64,000 nucleotides of DNA from Octopus sinensis (taxonomy: Eukaryota). Each line of letters opens with the position of its first letter. The first letter of the stretch is position 1. Positions 13,426-28,077 of the stretch are shown one piece after another. The stretch is from positions 66,774,001 through 66,838,000 of the forward strand of contig NC_043007.1 of NCBI RefSeq assembly GCF_006345805.1, read 5' to 3'. The notes under the pieces were generated by a model. That model did not search any database and was not told the origin of the DNA. It saw only the letters and a list, made by a program, of their open reading frames with translations. A program made the translations under genes and the position numbers.

Positions 13426-15763
13426 GTCATCATCATCATCATCATCATCGTCGTCATCGTCATCATCATCAGGCTATAATCACCAACGTGACAATCACAA
13501 CACCAATACCAACAGTACTCGATATATAATCATCATCTATGAATCATTCTTTTCCTCCCACTTCGCCTCCTTCTCTTTCTCTTATCACTCCTCTTATCCC
13601 TGATTGTTTTCCCGCTGTTACGAATGATGTGATGTCGTGATGTACATTCTTTTTACTGTCAATGATTTTTTTTACTCTCGCGCGAAAACTTCCGAGAGCT
13701 CTCTGACCAGGAACGCAGCTTTTATTTCTTAGGCATATATATGTTTATATATATTTGTGTGTGTATGTGTGTGTGTATGTGTGTGTGCGTGTGTGCGTGC
13801 GTGCGTGTGTGCGTGTGGGGGGGGGGCTCTCCTTTAGCGTTTTGTGGTTTTGATAAGGATTTCATGGCACAAGGCCTCATCAGCATTTTGAACTTAGAAC
13901 TTAAAGTCGGAAGAAATATTTATATCTATACAGTCCTGTCCCAGAACTCTAAGAATTGTTCTTGCAAATAAAATATGTATCCGAATGATGCTGTCATTCT
14001 TACGATATGTCAGTGTATAGTGCAGAACAGAACGTGTGAGTTCAATTCTAAGTCGCTCACGGACAGCCAATTCATGTTCGCAGCTAATAGACCCGTTGTC
14101 ATCAGGTATAATAACACCTACCAAATGTGACATGGAAGGTTGTTTTACATTGTTACATAGATTAGACACAACATCCTGTTATACGCACGCTCACGCACAC
14201 ACAGACACGAGTGGCTGCTCACACACATAACAACGCTACCACGCATAACAGCATAATTACAAATCATTCTTTTCTGTAATTCGATGTGTGTCTATATACA
14301 AATGCGTATGTATGTATGTATGTAAACACACAGACATTCATATATGCATATATACATACACATATGTATACCACAAAATTGGATATGCAGCTACGCATAA
14401 ATTTGAACACACAAACACACACACAGATGCATACATACATATAACTATATATGAAGGTTATAGTAATTATTTTGTGATTTAGAAAAAAAATTAATTACTT
14501 TTTCTACCTTTCGAGATCCTAACGAATATCAAATTATTTCTTCGAATTCAATTTTTTTTGTTAATTTTGGTTTTCATCTGTTTTTCTTTTGTTATATTTA
14601 TTCATTATTCACTTATTTTTCCTTTTTTTTTTTTTTTGTCATTTTTATAGTCGTTTCGTAAAAGATCCCAGCAACTGAAGGACAGATGACGGAGAAAGAT
14701 AAATAACAAGAAATCAGAACACTAGCAGACATTTCTGTGTTTGGTGTTGGACAACTTTTGGCAGGAAAAAAAAAAAAAAGGAGCCGAGTGGAATAAATTT
14801 ATTTTGACACGCTACATTAGTACAATAGCTACCACTACTTCTACTGCTACTGCTGCTGCCCCTGCTGCATTATCAGAATTACTGATAAACGAACCAATCG
14901 ACTAAACAGACTAACTGACCAATTGGAATACAGCGAAATACTAGGCTGACGAAAGACGGAGACAGTATCAACGGGGCTGGCTCATTATTCTCAGATAACT
15001 TTTCAACAGTGAAAATAAACATGTTTCACACGCTGGCCATATGTGTCGCCATTTGGAGCCGAGGACATACAGGTTAGACAACAGAAACTGTTATATATCT
15101 TTCACAATCTAGCTAAAAGAGTCATGTTCCATGGTTTCGTACCATTCTGCATGTCTCTTCTGACAAATAAAAGACACGCTGAAAGAACGTTATTTTATGC
15201 CGATAAATTGGCCTTAAAACTATTTATATTGCTCTGCAAAGAATTAATTTAAAAGATAAAAAAAAAACGTGAAAAGAAGTATAAGAAAAAGACAGATATT
15301 CATTTATATACCAAACATATATTCACACATAATATACATATATATATATATACATATCCATCTATATTTATATCTATATTTATATCGTCTATTTATAAAC
15401 TATATTTGCCTGTCGTTATCTGTTGTTAATTATCATATCTATATATTTGCATAAATATATGTATATATAAACGCACACATAATTATATACATATATAAAC
15501 TATACATATATATGTATATCAGTACCCTTTTTGCTATAAAATAACATATATATACATACATGCATATATCATATCTATATAGATACGGATAAATTATTTA
15601 TTGTCTAAGCTTCTATGAAATAACTTGTTTTGTAAAATTTTCTTTATTTTCTGTGAAATAACACCATTCCATAAGTGTTGGGAACAACAAAACAAAACCA
15701 ACCATAAACACAGACATATAAAACACTAGTAGAAATACTAACCAATAACTCCAAGAATTCAAA

Positions 15764-17806
15764 ATGCCACGTGGATTTTTGGTGAAACGAACAAAAAATG
15801 CTGCGGCATTCTCTTACAGAGTTCGGAATTCCGATGATAGTGACTCTGATCACGAACACATTCAAACAAATTTCGGTTCTCCAGATTCTGGATATTCTCC
15901 AAGTCCGATATCATTGACTCCACGCGAGAGAGATCTCCATGCCTTTGACAGGGACCCGACACAAGGTACCACCCTGCCCTCGTCTCCGTTGCCAAGTTAT
16001 CCGTCCCCACATTACTTTTATGCCTTCGACAGACTGAGCGTTTCTAATTGTTCACCAGTCAACTTGACCCCTGTGAAAAACGAAACCGGAACTGCTGCTC
16101 TTTCCAGTCCTAACAAACGCAGGGGTCCGGCCGAAGCCGAGAAAAAGGTGAAAACGCCCAAGAAACCGAAAGCTTGTCGTAAAATTAATTTCGACGAGGA
16201 CAAGACGTCACCCGTATCGGGTACAATCATCAAAGACATCTCTGATACGGACGAGGAAGGACAAGTTGTGTGCGGAGACATTGACAGTGCCTTTAACTAT
16301 GTAGAGATCACGGCGGAAGCTAAGGCTGAGCTGGAAAAAATCGAGAACAAAATTGGCGACTATGTCTGTCAGCTATGCAAAGAATATTTTGACGATGCCT
16401 TCCAACTGGCTCGCCACAGATGCTCACGCATCGTGCATGTAGAATATCGCTGCCCTGAATGCGACAAAGTTTTCAACTGTCCAGCCAACCTCGCTTCGCA
16501 TCGGCGTTGGCACAAACCGAAAACCGCGTCCGACAAAAAGAACGTCCCCACTCACATACTGCCGGCCAACATCCCGTCGGTTGCTCTCAACAGTAACCAC
16601 AGCAACGGAACAAATGGAGATCCGATGGACGAATCCAGCGACAAATGTGACAGTCCACGAATGCTAACGTCACCTCCTGGCTCGCCGAACAACTACACAG
16701 CTTCCACACATCACCACCAGTACTTCAATTCGAACTCATCACCGTCTCCGTCGTCCGCTTCACCTCCAGCCGTCACCATCAACGACTGTCCGTCGTCCAC
16801 TGTCGAAGAAGGACAATTCCAGTGTGAGATATGTTTCAAAAGGTTCCGCCGTCAAGCCTACCTGAAGAAGCATATTCTTAACCATAACAATGACCGAGCC
16901 AAGCAACAACAACAACAACAACAGCCGCCACAACAACAACAACAACAGCAACAACAGTCAGAGCAGCACCTTTCATTGCAGCAACAACAACAAAGTGAAA
17001 CTAGTCAGCCCTCAACTCACAATCACTTACAGAACCAACCCACCGACTCGCCACCTCATAGTTATTTCCAACACAAACACCAACTCCATCAACACAACAA
17101 TCAAAACCTCACGCAAAACAACGGTAGCAGCAACAACAACAACAACAACGCTAACAATAACAACAGCGACATCAGCAGCAGCAATAACAACAACAACAAT
17201 AACAACAACAACAACAACAATGACAACACAGATTCCAATGGCAACAAAGAGCCGACTTCTTCGCTAAACAGCAATGTAAATACACAAAACGGTGCCTCGA
17301 GTAATAACAGTTCTAGTATGGTGGTCAACGAGAGTAGTAGTGAGAGTATGGACCCCACGACTAGCTGTAGTACTCCGGCTGCAACAAATGGTACCATCAC
17401 TAATGCTACAAGCATTGCAAGCAACGGTAGTAATAGTAGCCTCACGACCACTGACACAACAACCACCAACAGCAGCACCGACACCACTACCACCACCACC
17501 ACTACCAATACCAACACCACCACGACCGGCAACAGTAATAATAACAACAACAGCAACAACAGCAGCAGCAATGGTAACGGAACCACTGCCCACCTATCAT
17601 GCGACCACTGTAATAGCATTTTTACCACAAAAACGGCTCTCGAGAAGCACAGCCGGACGCACAGTGGCGAGGTTTTCACCTGTAAGTACTGCTCAAGTCG
17701 CTTCTATAGTTCTCCAGGTCTTACCAGACACATCAACAAATGCCATCCCTCCGAAAATAGACAGGTCATTCTTTTACAATTGACCCCAGTTAACCGACCT
17801 TGTTGA
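15764..17806 (+). CDS. INSM1: Insulinoma-associated (INSM1/IA-1, nerfin/EGL-46 family) SNAG-domain C2H2 zinc-finger transcriptional repressor, 680 aa, single-exon ORF
   Basis: N-terminal SNAG motif MPRGFLVKR; family motif RKINFDEDKTSPVSG; ZF1-2 YVCQLCKEYFDDAFQLARHRCSRIVHVEYRCPECDKVFNCPANLASHRRWHKP; ZF3 FQCEICFKRFRRQAYLKKH; ZF4 CDHC..HSRTH; ZF5 plus the C-terminus SPGLTRHINKCHPSENRQVILLQ typical of INSM proteins. The symbol marks the family, since invertebrate genes are co-orthologous to INSM1/2. Confidence 0.96.
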   Translation: MPRGFLVKRTKNAAAFSYRVRNSDDSDSDHEHIQTNFGSPDSGYSPSPISLTPRERDLHAFDRDPTQGTTLPSSPLPSYPSPHYFYAFDRLSVSNCSPVNLTPVKNETGTAALSSPNKRRGPAEAEKKVKTPKKPKACRKINFDEDKTSPVSGTIIKDISDTDEEGQVVCGDIDSAFNYVEITAEAKAELEKIENKIGDYVCQLCKEYFDDAFQLARHRCSRIVHVEYRCPECDKVFNCPANLASHRRWHKPKTASDKKNVPTHILPANIPSVALNSNHSNGTNGDPMDESSDKCDSPRMLTSPPGSPNNYTASTHHHQYFNSNSSPSPSSASPPAVTINDCPSSTVEEGQFQCEICFKRFRRQAYLKKHILNHNNDRAKQQQQQQQPPQQQQQQQQQSEQHLSLQQQQQSETSQPSTHNHLQNQPTDSPPHSYFQHKHQLHQHNNQNLTQNNGSSNNNNNNANNNNSDISSSNNNNNNNNNNNNNDNTDSNGNKEPTSSLNSNVNTQNGASSNNSSSMVVNESSSESMDPTTSCSTPAATNGTITNATSIASNGSNSSLTTTDTTTTNSSTDTTTTTTTTNTNTTTTGNSNNNNNSNNSSSNGNGTTAHLSCDHCNSIFTTKTALEKHSRTHSGEVFTCKYCSSRFYSSPGLTRHINKCHPSENRQVILLQLTPVNRPC

Positions 17807-19294
17807 TTACGAATATCAATACAAACAATGAATTTTGTCATCGTCATCTACAATAGCAACAAACAATAACAGCAGCAACTACAACAACCAGATCTGTCTA
17901 AGAACAATAATTTAACATCAATAAGAACAACAATAGCAACAACAACAACAATAATAATAATAATAATAATAATAACAATAATAATGATGATGATAATGAT
18001 TATCAACTGCCTCTTTATTTAAAAGTATGAAACCGAGGCAAGTTATTTTAATGAGTGGTCTAGACTTAAACCCCTCTTGAAATTATATACCTTTCTGTGA
18101 GAAGATAAAAGCGAAGTTCGTTGGTTGGTCACCAACGCAACAATACCTGCAAGTGAAATACGAACTCTCAAACGAAAAGATAGCCAGGCAGGTGTAGTAA
18201 GTCCAGTAATCTGATCTACCCGGCCATTGCACGCCCTAACCAGTCCTATCCCAAAATATCATCATCAGCCTTATCGTTAACATCAGTATCAATATCAACA
18301 TTATAACTATGAACAAAGTGGCATTTTTCCATTACAAAAGCTCGACATTACCAGTACAAACTATACCGCCATTATACTATAACGGGACAATTTACTCGTA
18401 TCACTCCCATTGCTATAACATCGTAGATTTACTAACTCTTATTCACAACCAGTAATCTCAAACACAAACAACTGTAACTAAATATAAACAACAAAACAGA
18501 TGAAAAAGGCGCCAAAAACAAAAATGACCATGAAAGTAAAAAAAAAAAATGAACGGAAAAAACAAAAGCAAACAATAAATAAATTAATTAATTAATTAAC
18601 AAAAAAAAAACAAAGAAAGGAACTGCAAGATAATTCAAATAGTGACAAAGTATATAACTAAACTAAAAATAATCTAGGGAAGAAATGAGGTGCTGGTAGA
18701 AAGACAGACGAAAAGAAAAGTTCTGTGACGGAACGAAAATTGCTTATCAGTAATAACACTGGATTCTTCCTTGATGTCTTTCAAACTATATCGTCCGTGT
18801 GAAAGAGAAATCGTAAAATAAAAAAAGAAAAGAAAACTAAAAGAGAAAGTAGGGAATTAAAAGCAGGTGAAGAGAGATGGTGAATATGGAACATGTAATT
18901 CTCTCCATTCTGAGTTCAAATTTTGCTGTGCACCCTATTCGGGCAACCCCACTCCATTTTTTTTTTTTTGACGTTTCAGATTTCTCTCGTATGGTTTATA
19001 TTCTTACAAAACAAACAAAAAAAATATTGGCCTTATATTTCGTTAGATTAAAACAAACGAACAAAAAAGAAACCAAAACAAAAAAAAATCGTTCTTTACA
19101 GTCAAATCAAACAAAACTATGAGCTAAAAGACAATTAAAGAATTCTAAGGAATGTAATAAACTGTAGTGAATCCCCAAAACAAGTTTCAAAATATACAGT
19201 CACAAAACACACACAAACAAACAAACGTGTACACATGTGCAGAAAAGAAAATGTGAACATCTTGCAGTAATTTATATTTATTTATTTATTTATC

Positions 19295-19325
<31 letters not shown>

Positions 19326-20939
19326 TCATCATCTTCATTATCATCGAAAGTATTTTGACTGCTGTGGTGGTTGGTTGGATTGGCGAGACGGTATGAACGT
19401 AAACGGATACTTCATATATATATATATATATATATATCACGTACATTTACGTCCAGATTTCGAATCGAGCAAGCGGCGGCTTTTCTTTTTTTTTTTTTTT
19501 TTTTGGCATTTCATCCTTCCTGATATCGATAAAATGATAGATCGATTGTAGCTCTCCCTAAAAATGTCGTGGCCTTCAACCTATGCAAGAAATTATCATC
19601 ATCATCATCATCATCATCAATACCATTTATTAATAGGAATAAGCATTAGCAAATTTCTCCCTTTTTTTTTTTCATTTTTAAAATTTAATTTCGTTCTTTT
19701 TTGGGTTCCTTTTAACATCCTAATAATCAACAACACACACATACATACATATATATATGTGTGTGTGTGTGTATGTGTGTGAATACTCTTACTTCTAACA
19801 AAGTGTCTTCAGCCGAATGGATTTAAGTAAAAGTCCTTAACCCTGTTGCCAAAATACAAACTATTATTTCTCTTTGAACATAAACATCACCACCACCATC
19901 TTCATCTGGACCCTCGTCCTCAACATTATCATCATCATCATTATCCTCATCGTCATCATAGTCATGGCCATCATTTCATTAATTAACATACTTTTCTTTA
20001 TACTTTGTCTTCTATTTCTTTCATTATTCATTATTCATTATTCGCTTTTTTTTTTTATCTTCAAAATCACGTGCCTTGAACAACAAATATGATGTTTGAA
20101 ATTTTCTTTAACATACACACATATACACATACCTGCACATACATACACACTCATATATGTAGTGTGTGTATGTGCATGCATGTGTATACCTGCATAAAGA
20201 CATACACACAGACATTAAGTGGCATTAGAGAATGATGGTGATGATGATGATGATAATAACCAGTAAGAAAAATAATGACAATATGAAAAATAATAATAAC
20301 GAGGAAGAGGAGGAAGAGGAGCATGAAGAGAATCAAAAAAGAAGACGGCGGATACATATCAGTATATGATCAGGACAATGTTACGTGACTCTAGAGGAAA
20401 ATTTTCTCAACGTACAGACATACACGCGCTTTATATATATATATATATATACATATCACAAAGGTATTGACTCAGAACAATAGCAATGCGACCAAGTAAA
20501 AAAGAAAATGACAGCCAACAACAAGAACAAAAAACCCTTGCAAAGGACATATTTTTTTTCTATTTTATACATTATTTTTTTATTTCATCATCTGCCTTCT
20601 GTTATGTGACGGACTTATATTTTATCCCACCTGGTGGTTTAACAGGTAAGCTTTATAGAGTACTCTATGATTTATTGAACAAAAAAAAAAAGTGCCTCCG
20701 TATACTCTATTAGTCAATCTGTCTATCAGTCAATTTATCTAATTGTCAATTTCTCTGTCTATCTTTGAATTTTTATCAATCTGTCGTCATCTACATCTAT
20801 ATAGGACTATTCCTATAGACACATACACACATATATATATATATTACATATATGCATGTATATGTATATTTATGTATACATGTATATATACATGCATACA
20901 TAGATACATACATTCGTTACGAAGCACATATATATATAT

Positions 20940-20994
<55 letters not shown>

Positions 20995-21142
20995 TCATAA
21001 ACCATCTAACTATTAGATTAATTTATTCATTTTTCTTTCCCTTTCATAAATGAAAAACTAACGTTTAACTTTTTTTATTTCCATTATATTTTATTTGTCC
21101 TCATACTAACACATATCACTAATTATTATTATTATTATTACT

Positions 21143-21189
<47 letters not shown>

Positions 21190-21219
21190 TATCATCATCA
21201 TCATCATCATCATTATCAC

Positions 21220-21273
<54 letters not shown>

Positions 21274-21552
21274 GTACCAGCCGTGTACTAGGGCTCAATG
21301 TAATCTGTCTTCCCATAAGTACTGACGGTATTACATCCAGGTTAAAACTTACGAAATTATTCTCTACCCCCTGGGCACCCCACTCCCTGCAAGGATCAAT
21401 CCAGTTCATGCCATCATCACTAGCATATATTCCCTATTGCTGTTAATAACAGTCCGCCGACATTAACTTTACTTTCCGTTTGTTTTGAATTTGTGGCTGT
21501 GAGATGAAATTTACTGCTTCACGTGTAAAGATGTGTGCGTACGTGTGTGTGT

Positions 21553-21618
<66 letters not shown>

Positions 21619-23750
21619 TGTGTTATCTTAAACAGAAGATGAAGGCTGAAAGATTGCGGAGATATAGAACATGCAGGATGTATTGTCTTCACAAAATGCT
21701 TTGTGATTTATATAGAAGTAGACCCTATGATGCACATGCATTATTGGTCCTGGCTGAGCACTAGAGTTCCTCTCCAGTTTAATAGTCACCCATTGACAGC
21801 ACAACGCAGCGATGACTAATAGATTTATATGGCTGAATTTAAAGATGCTTCCAAATCTATACTTATTAAATTAAACGTTTCCTAGCTCACACTAAATCAC
21901 AAATCTAAGAAGGAGCTTAACACGAATATACACACATACCTAAATACATACATAATTGAATACACACACACACGTGCATACATACGCGCATATATCCGCG
22001 ATCCAAGCTTCACGACGTTGCCTTGTTCACGTGAGAACATATGTAGCGTGAAACCCGAGTCGCGATAATAAACTTAGTATAAATGATATATATTCTGTAA
22101 TACATATTGAGTTCTATCTTCTTCATTCGTGGACAAACTAGAACGTCTCAATATGTGCGTTTGAATGCGTATTTATTTATCGTCTAACATTTTACTGGAA
22201 TACGTAACATTCATCGTCTATTTCTAAACAGAAATGTTAAGAATTCACACGATTATGAAACCACACGGCTTCTCGCATAAACGCTATGGCAAGTATTATT
22301 GCCCAACCATTCCAAATCCAGCTCATTCTATATTTTCATGACCATCTTTGAAATCGATCCATATATACACACATAGGACACATCTAGTAAGAAATGTCGT
22401 GGAATTATTCTATTGACCTTAATAACATTAGATACCAGTCATGTTTCAGAAACTAGTTTACGTTTATGCTTAGTCATATATATATACAAATACTTTACAT
22501 TGATGTTAACGTTTATGAAATGCAATCTGGCTTATTCGTCCACTTTGTGTTTTGTGAAAGAATGATACGAGAGAGTCATGCTAGATGCGTGATCTTACTA
22601 CGGTAAATTTTAGCAAAATAATAATAATAATAATAATAATTAATTTGACGGTAAAGATGATTTGAAAATTTCATCGCATGGAATGTGGCATGACTCCTGG
22701 AAAGATCTAATCTATAGTTATTCGTTTTTTTTCCTATTCTCCTTTCAACAAACTTTTCTTGATCACCACAACCATCGCTAATACAGTAACAATAACTAGT
22801 ACTACTACTACTACTACTACTATTACAAATGACATTCTAACAAACCATCACTAAACCTAACCACAACCACGAGCATTTTTACGAAATACTTATGCCTATT
22901 ACACGCATATTTTTATGATAGCCGCAACAGCAGCAGCAGCAGCAGAAAAAGTAAAACAAAACAACTATAGTTTCAGAAATAAAAATAATAAACAATAAAA
23001 TTATAATAAAATGTAAAATTTTCGACATTCGTCCAAAACAGAAGCAGGAAAATATAACACAGCTCTTTCCCTTTCTCTTCCTGCTACCATCTTTCTACGA
23101 ACATTTGGCCTTTCAAAATTCTTAAAATTCTTGTTTCATATCAGCCTTTTATAAAATAGTGAACGCCTTAGAGTAAGTGGCACCCTCCCGGCGAACCGAG
23201 TCCATGATCCGGTTTCGATTTCCGGTTGAAGCTAATTCATTTTTTCACTTATGTTCTTGAATCACGTATCATTGCCTTTAACTATAATTTTTATAGTTTA
23301 ACAGTCTTGGGCTCCAGTAAGAAATTGAAATGTAGTGGAGGAAAAAAAAATTAAAACTGACAGCTCGTCATTTTTCTGAAATTGGAGATCTATTTTATTG
23401 ACATTACAAAAAGCCCCTTTAGAAAAATTTTATTGAAAGTTTTCTCGTCACTCAGTTTTAAGGGTATTTTTATGTTTATTTTTTAAAAATTTCGTCTCGT
23501 CCCATATTCATAGTTTCCAGTCGCCAGACATTTTTTCCCTGCACCTGCCCTCTTCCCCCACCACCGACACTCAAACATATGTACGAAACAAACAATGATA
23601 CTTTTATTGTCTGCAAAAATATCCCTTCTCTTTCTTTATTTGGGAAAATAAAAAGGTTTGTGTGTGTATATATGCTCACACACACATACACATATATAGA
23701 CACACATACATATACCCATGAACGCACATGTGTATGTAATATATGTGTGT

Positions 23751-23785
<35 letters not shown>

Positions 23786-24857
23786 CATACATACATACAT
23801 ACACACATACACACACACATATATATATATATTATATATATATATATATAATATATATATATATATATGATTGTATGTATATACATATATAAATTTGATT
23901 TTTTTCCTCTCACTCAGTATTCAGTACTATCTTGGTGTAGGAAATTATTTTTACAACTAACTACCATACCATCTGTTAGTATTCAGTAATAATAGCAGCC
24001 ATTAACCAATAACGATTAACCCTGCATGACGTTTGCTTTGTGAAATCCAATCAAACTTCAATAGCATTCGCTAGTCATTCACTGCTAGCATTCAAAATCA
24101 TTACATTGAATGCTTAAAACAACGTTTGCTGAATACTATGAACCAAAAGAGAAAATTTCCGTTTTTCATAAACAACAGCCCTAAACAATCCTCCGCAAAT
24201 AAACATTCGTTACATATTTCCCAACAATTACAAACATTGTTTAACTTTCACATGCATTCCCTTAATCTCAATAGTATTCTTTGACATTCCTTAACCTTGA
24301 AAATCATTCCATAAGATTCGCCATTATTTGGTATCAAAATTTAATATTACTCAACATTCCATAACATTTCTCGCTATTCCTCGACAAATCTCAATATTAC
24401 AATTCTTTGACATTCCTTGACATCTGCTGATCTTTATTCACGTACAGAGATTTTATTTTTATTTTAGTAATTATTTACTGTGGCTAAATTTCGTTGACAT
24501 TCCATTAAACGTATTAGCATTCCTTGGCATTCTAAAATCATTCGCCATCTTTGTTTTAAGATCCCTCTTAACACTGAATAATATCCCGATAATATTAGCA
24601 TATCATTCCGTAATATTCTGCACTATTAATTATGTAGATTATTTTTGTTTGTTTGTTTTTTGTTTGTTTTTTGTTTTGTTCTTTGTTTTTTTTGTTGTTT
24701 TTTTCGTATTTTACCAATTGGCATTCATTCACAAATGTTCTAGCCGAAAATGTTTACGTTGGCTTCGTGGTGTTTTGTGTAAAGATAAGATAGATGTACA
24801 GATTGGCGACTGGATGCCGATTAAAGCAATGAATGATGGAGATTGCGAGAGCGTGTA

Positions 24858-25700
24858 CGAGGTGGTATCAAAATGTTCCTGGACTAGTTATGTTTAATAA
24901 AAAAAAATAATAATAACTTATTTACCCAAGTTTTAACATTATCTCCTTCGAAATAGTCACCTTGCCCACCGGTTCCAGCGTTCCTATCACTTTTGGAACC
25001 CTGCCTGGAAGTCGTTTTTCCGTGAGCGAGTCGAGGACCTTCTGCTATTCGCTCTGGATCTCGACAACGGTGTTAAAACGGTGACTTTTCAGCTGCCTTT
25101 TCATCTTGGGAGAAGAGATGGAAGTCCGTAGGTGCTAAATTTGGTGAATAGGGCGGGTGCAGAAGCGATACCATGTTTTTCTTTGTCGAAAGCTTGGTGA
25201 CAGAGTGCATTGTCGTCGTGGAGAATCCAATTCTTCGCGTTCCACAGATCCGGTCGCTTTCGCCGAATGTCCTCCCCCAAGCACTTTAAAACGTTGTAGT
25301 AGAACTCTCGATTGACGGTCTGGCCCTGGGGGACGAATTATCGATCCTCAATGCAGATGTCGAGAAAAATGATGAGCATGCTCTTGATAGAGCTGCGGCT
25401 CTGTCGTGCCTTCCTCGATCGTGGAAATGAAGGGCTATTCAGTTATGATGACTGCCGCTTCGTCTCAGGGTCGTACCCATACACCCAACTCTCGTCACCG
25501 GTAATGATCCTCGACATGAAGGATGGGTCATCAGCGGCACGCTGACGGAGATCTTGACAGACTTCGTAAGCTTGCCGAAGCATGCTTAATGCCTCTGTAG
25601 CAGACTTACTAAGTTTAACGCAAAATTTCACATTGGCTCTTTCTTCCAATTTCTTGTCCATGACAAAATCGCAGACTATAGCATACACGTGATCACATTA
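24858..25700 (-). mobile_element. Decayed mariner element with internal deletion
   Basis: TA-CGAGGTGGTATCAAAATGTTCC TIR-like end; minus-strand remnants EERANVKFCVKLSKSATEALSMLRQAY, ITGDESWVYGYDPETKRQSS and C-terminal QGDYFEGD. The second TIR is not clearly seen. Confidence 0.85.
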
Positions 25701-25933
25701 AATACAATCATTTATATTCACTTATTTATTTATTTTGCATTAAATAAAGACAATAATCGGGTTCGACTCTCAGGTCTGGAAGACTTTACTAATCGCACTA
25801 AAAATCTCAGGAAGAAAACCTTAAGCATTAAACTTTCCTCTAAGAATTTATGTTGCATTCTCTTTACCTCATAGTTATCATTCTCATCATTATTTTCATC
25901 ATCAGTATCAGCTTGATCTTGCTTCTTCTTCTT

Positions 25934-26026
<93 letters not shown>

Positions 26027-28077
26027 TGGTGTAATGATCGAAACAGATGCTCGTCGGAATAAAACATCGTAAATAAACGTAAATAAACGTCGAAACAAAA
26101 CGTTGTAAAAATTCATTGTCCCATGTTTTGAGTGCAATTCCAATCGAATTGGACTGAAAACATTCTTTCTTTTGGAATGAGAGTGGATTGATGAAATAAA
26201 TAGGTATTAAAAACCTCCCTTCTTGGCTATAGTTATCTCGCAGAAAACTTAAGCGGACACCCTCTTATCAATGGAGAACATCATAATGACGATCATGAAT
26301 ACACACATACTCACACAATCCACATGCATAAATATATTAGCACATGCATATGCAAGTACATACATCAACAAACGAGTACACACACATGCATACACATGCC
26401 AAAAACATGTATATATATATAATACACATGAAATTTGTGAACATTCGTTTACAAAAAGTGAACCGGAAGCGTGATGGGACACAGATAACATTTGTTTGGC
26501 TAGTCAGTCTAGTCACAGGCAGACGACATTAAATTAAAATGGCGGTGAAATTATTCATTGCTGACTCGAACGAGGCTTTTAACCTTATATGTCGCGCTTC
26601 CCAAGTCAGTCGCTCTGATTCGTTAGCTAGTTGATTATGATGATTATCACGACGATGACGACAGCGGCGACGACGACAACGACGACGGCGAGGGGCTGTT
26701 TTCATTTCTATATCGATAAATTTTTATTTATTTACTTTTTAAATCTTTTTTATTTTATTATGTTTTATAACTTTATGCCTGGAATAATTTTCTGGGTTTC
26801 TTGGTACATTCATCCCACATTCGATAGTTATGGCGAATTTCTTTTTGCCTGTATATCACTCTGTATGTCTGTGTGTATTTTTGCATGTATGCACAAAGGT
26901 ATGCATGTGGGTATGTGACATATGCAAATATGCATGTTTGTATGTATCCAAGTATGCATGTGTATACATACATATAAACATACATATGTATCTACATACA
27001 TACATACATACATACATACACATGCACACACTCAAGCACATGCACACACACACACACACATACACACATACACACGCACCCCCACCCCCACACACACACA
27101 TATATGGATGTTTAAGCGTTTCATTTGTAAGTGCCTTCATTTAATAGGCAATCTTAGAATATTTTACAATATTAAGTATGTTTACAAGCTCTTGTGTGTG
27201 AACGAAGGATTGTGTGGTGATGGGTCTGTTGCTCTCGTTTTATTCAAATTTGCCAAAGTTCAGGCGATCTTTAACCAATGTCCCCTCTATTTGTGGTCAT
27301 TCCTCTACACATGGAAGTTGTTGTTGTCGTTGTTGCTGTTGCTGCTATGTCCTGTTTGTGGGTGAAAGGAGGAGGGGGGCAATGTTTTGTTCATATTGTT
27401 TATGCAAGATGCCTAGCCGCCCATTAATATTCTTGTTATTACATCTTCCTTTTTGCTCCTTACATCAGTTAAACTACTAATATGGTGCTGGAGATGACGA
27501 TAATAATAATAATAATAACAACAACAATAGCCACCTTTAGCATAGTCCCAGACAGCAACTAGAACGATGTCATTTGTCTTTGTAAACAAATTTAGATATC
27601 TCTTTTGGTTTGGTTTGGTTTGGTTTTGTATATTTTATTTATTTCACAATATTTCGGGATTAGTTTAATGAATTGTGTGATGTTAAAATAGTTAAGATCC
27701 AACACTCACAACAACATCAACTGTAACAATAATAACAACAAATGCAACGATGATCTCGCTAAGACTATTTTAAACTTGTATTTGGGTTTTTTAATTAGTA
27801 TGTGTTAGTCGCATTTTATCGGTTCATATACAAACATCCACGTGTGTGTCTGTTTGTGTGTGTGTGCTGTGTCTGTGTGCGCTCTGTTGTGTGTCTGTGT
27901 GTCTGTGTCTGTGTGTGCCTGTGTGTGAGTGTGTTCGTTTGTATGTGTTTATAGGTGTGTGAATATGTGTGCGTGCGTGTGAGCGATGCTAAACTTTTGA
28001 AATGTTTCGCATTCTTTTACAGTTCCAATTATGTCTTATAGTTGTATCATGTATTTATAGATGCATAAACACACACA

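Noticed and set aside
14900-15760. INSM promoter elements (E-box CATATG, Su(H)-like CGTGTGAA, TATA-like strings)
   Set aside because: Short motifs in AT-rich DNA with no TSS evidence.
17807-21400. miRNA sites and polyA signals in the INSM 3' region (GTGCCTT at 20071, AGCTTTA at 20649, several AATAAA)
   Set aside because: Single short matches are expected by chance and the UTR end is unknown.
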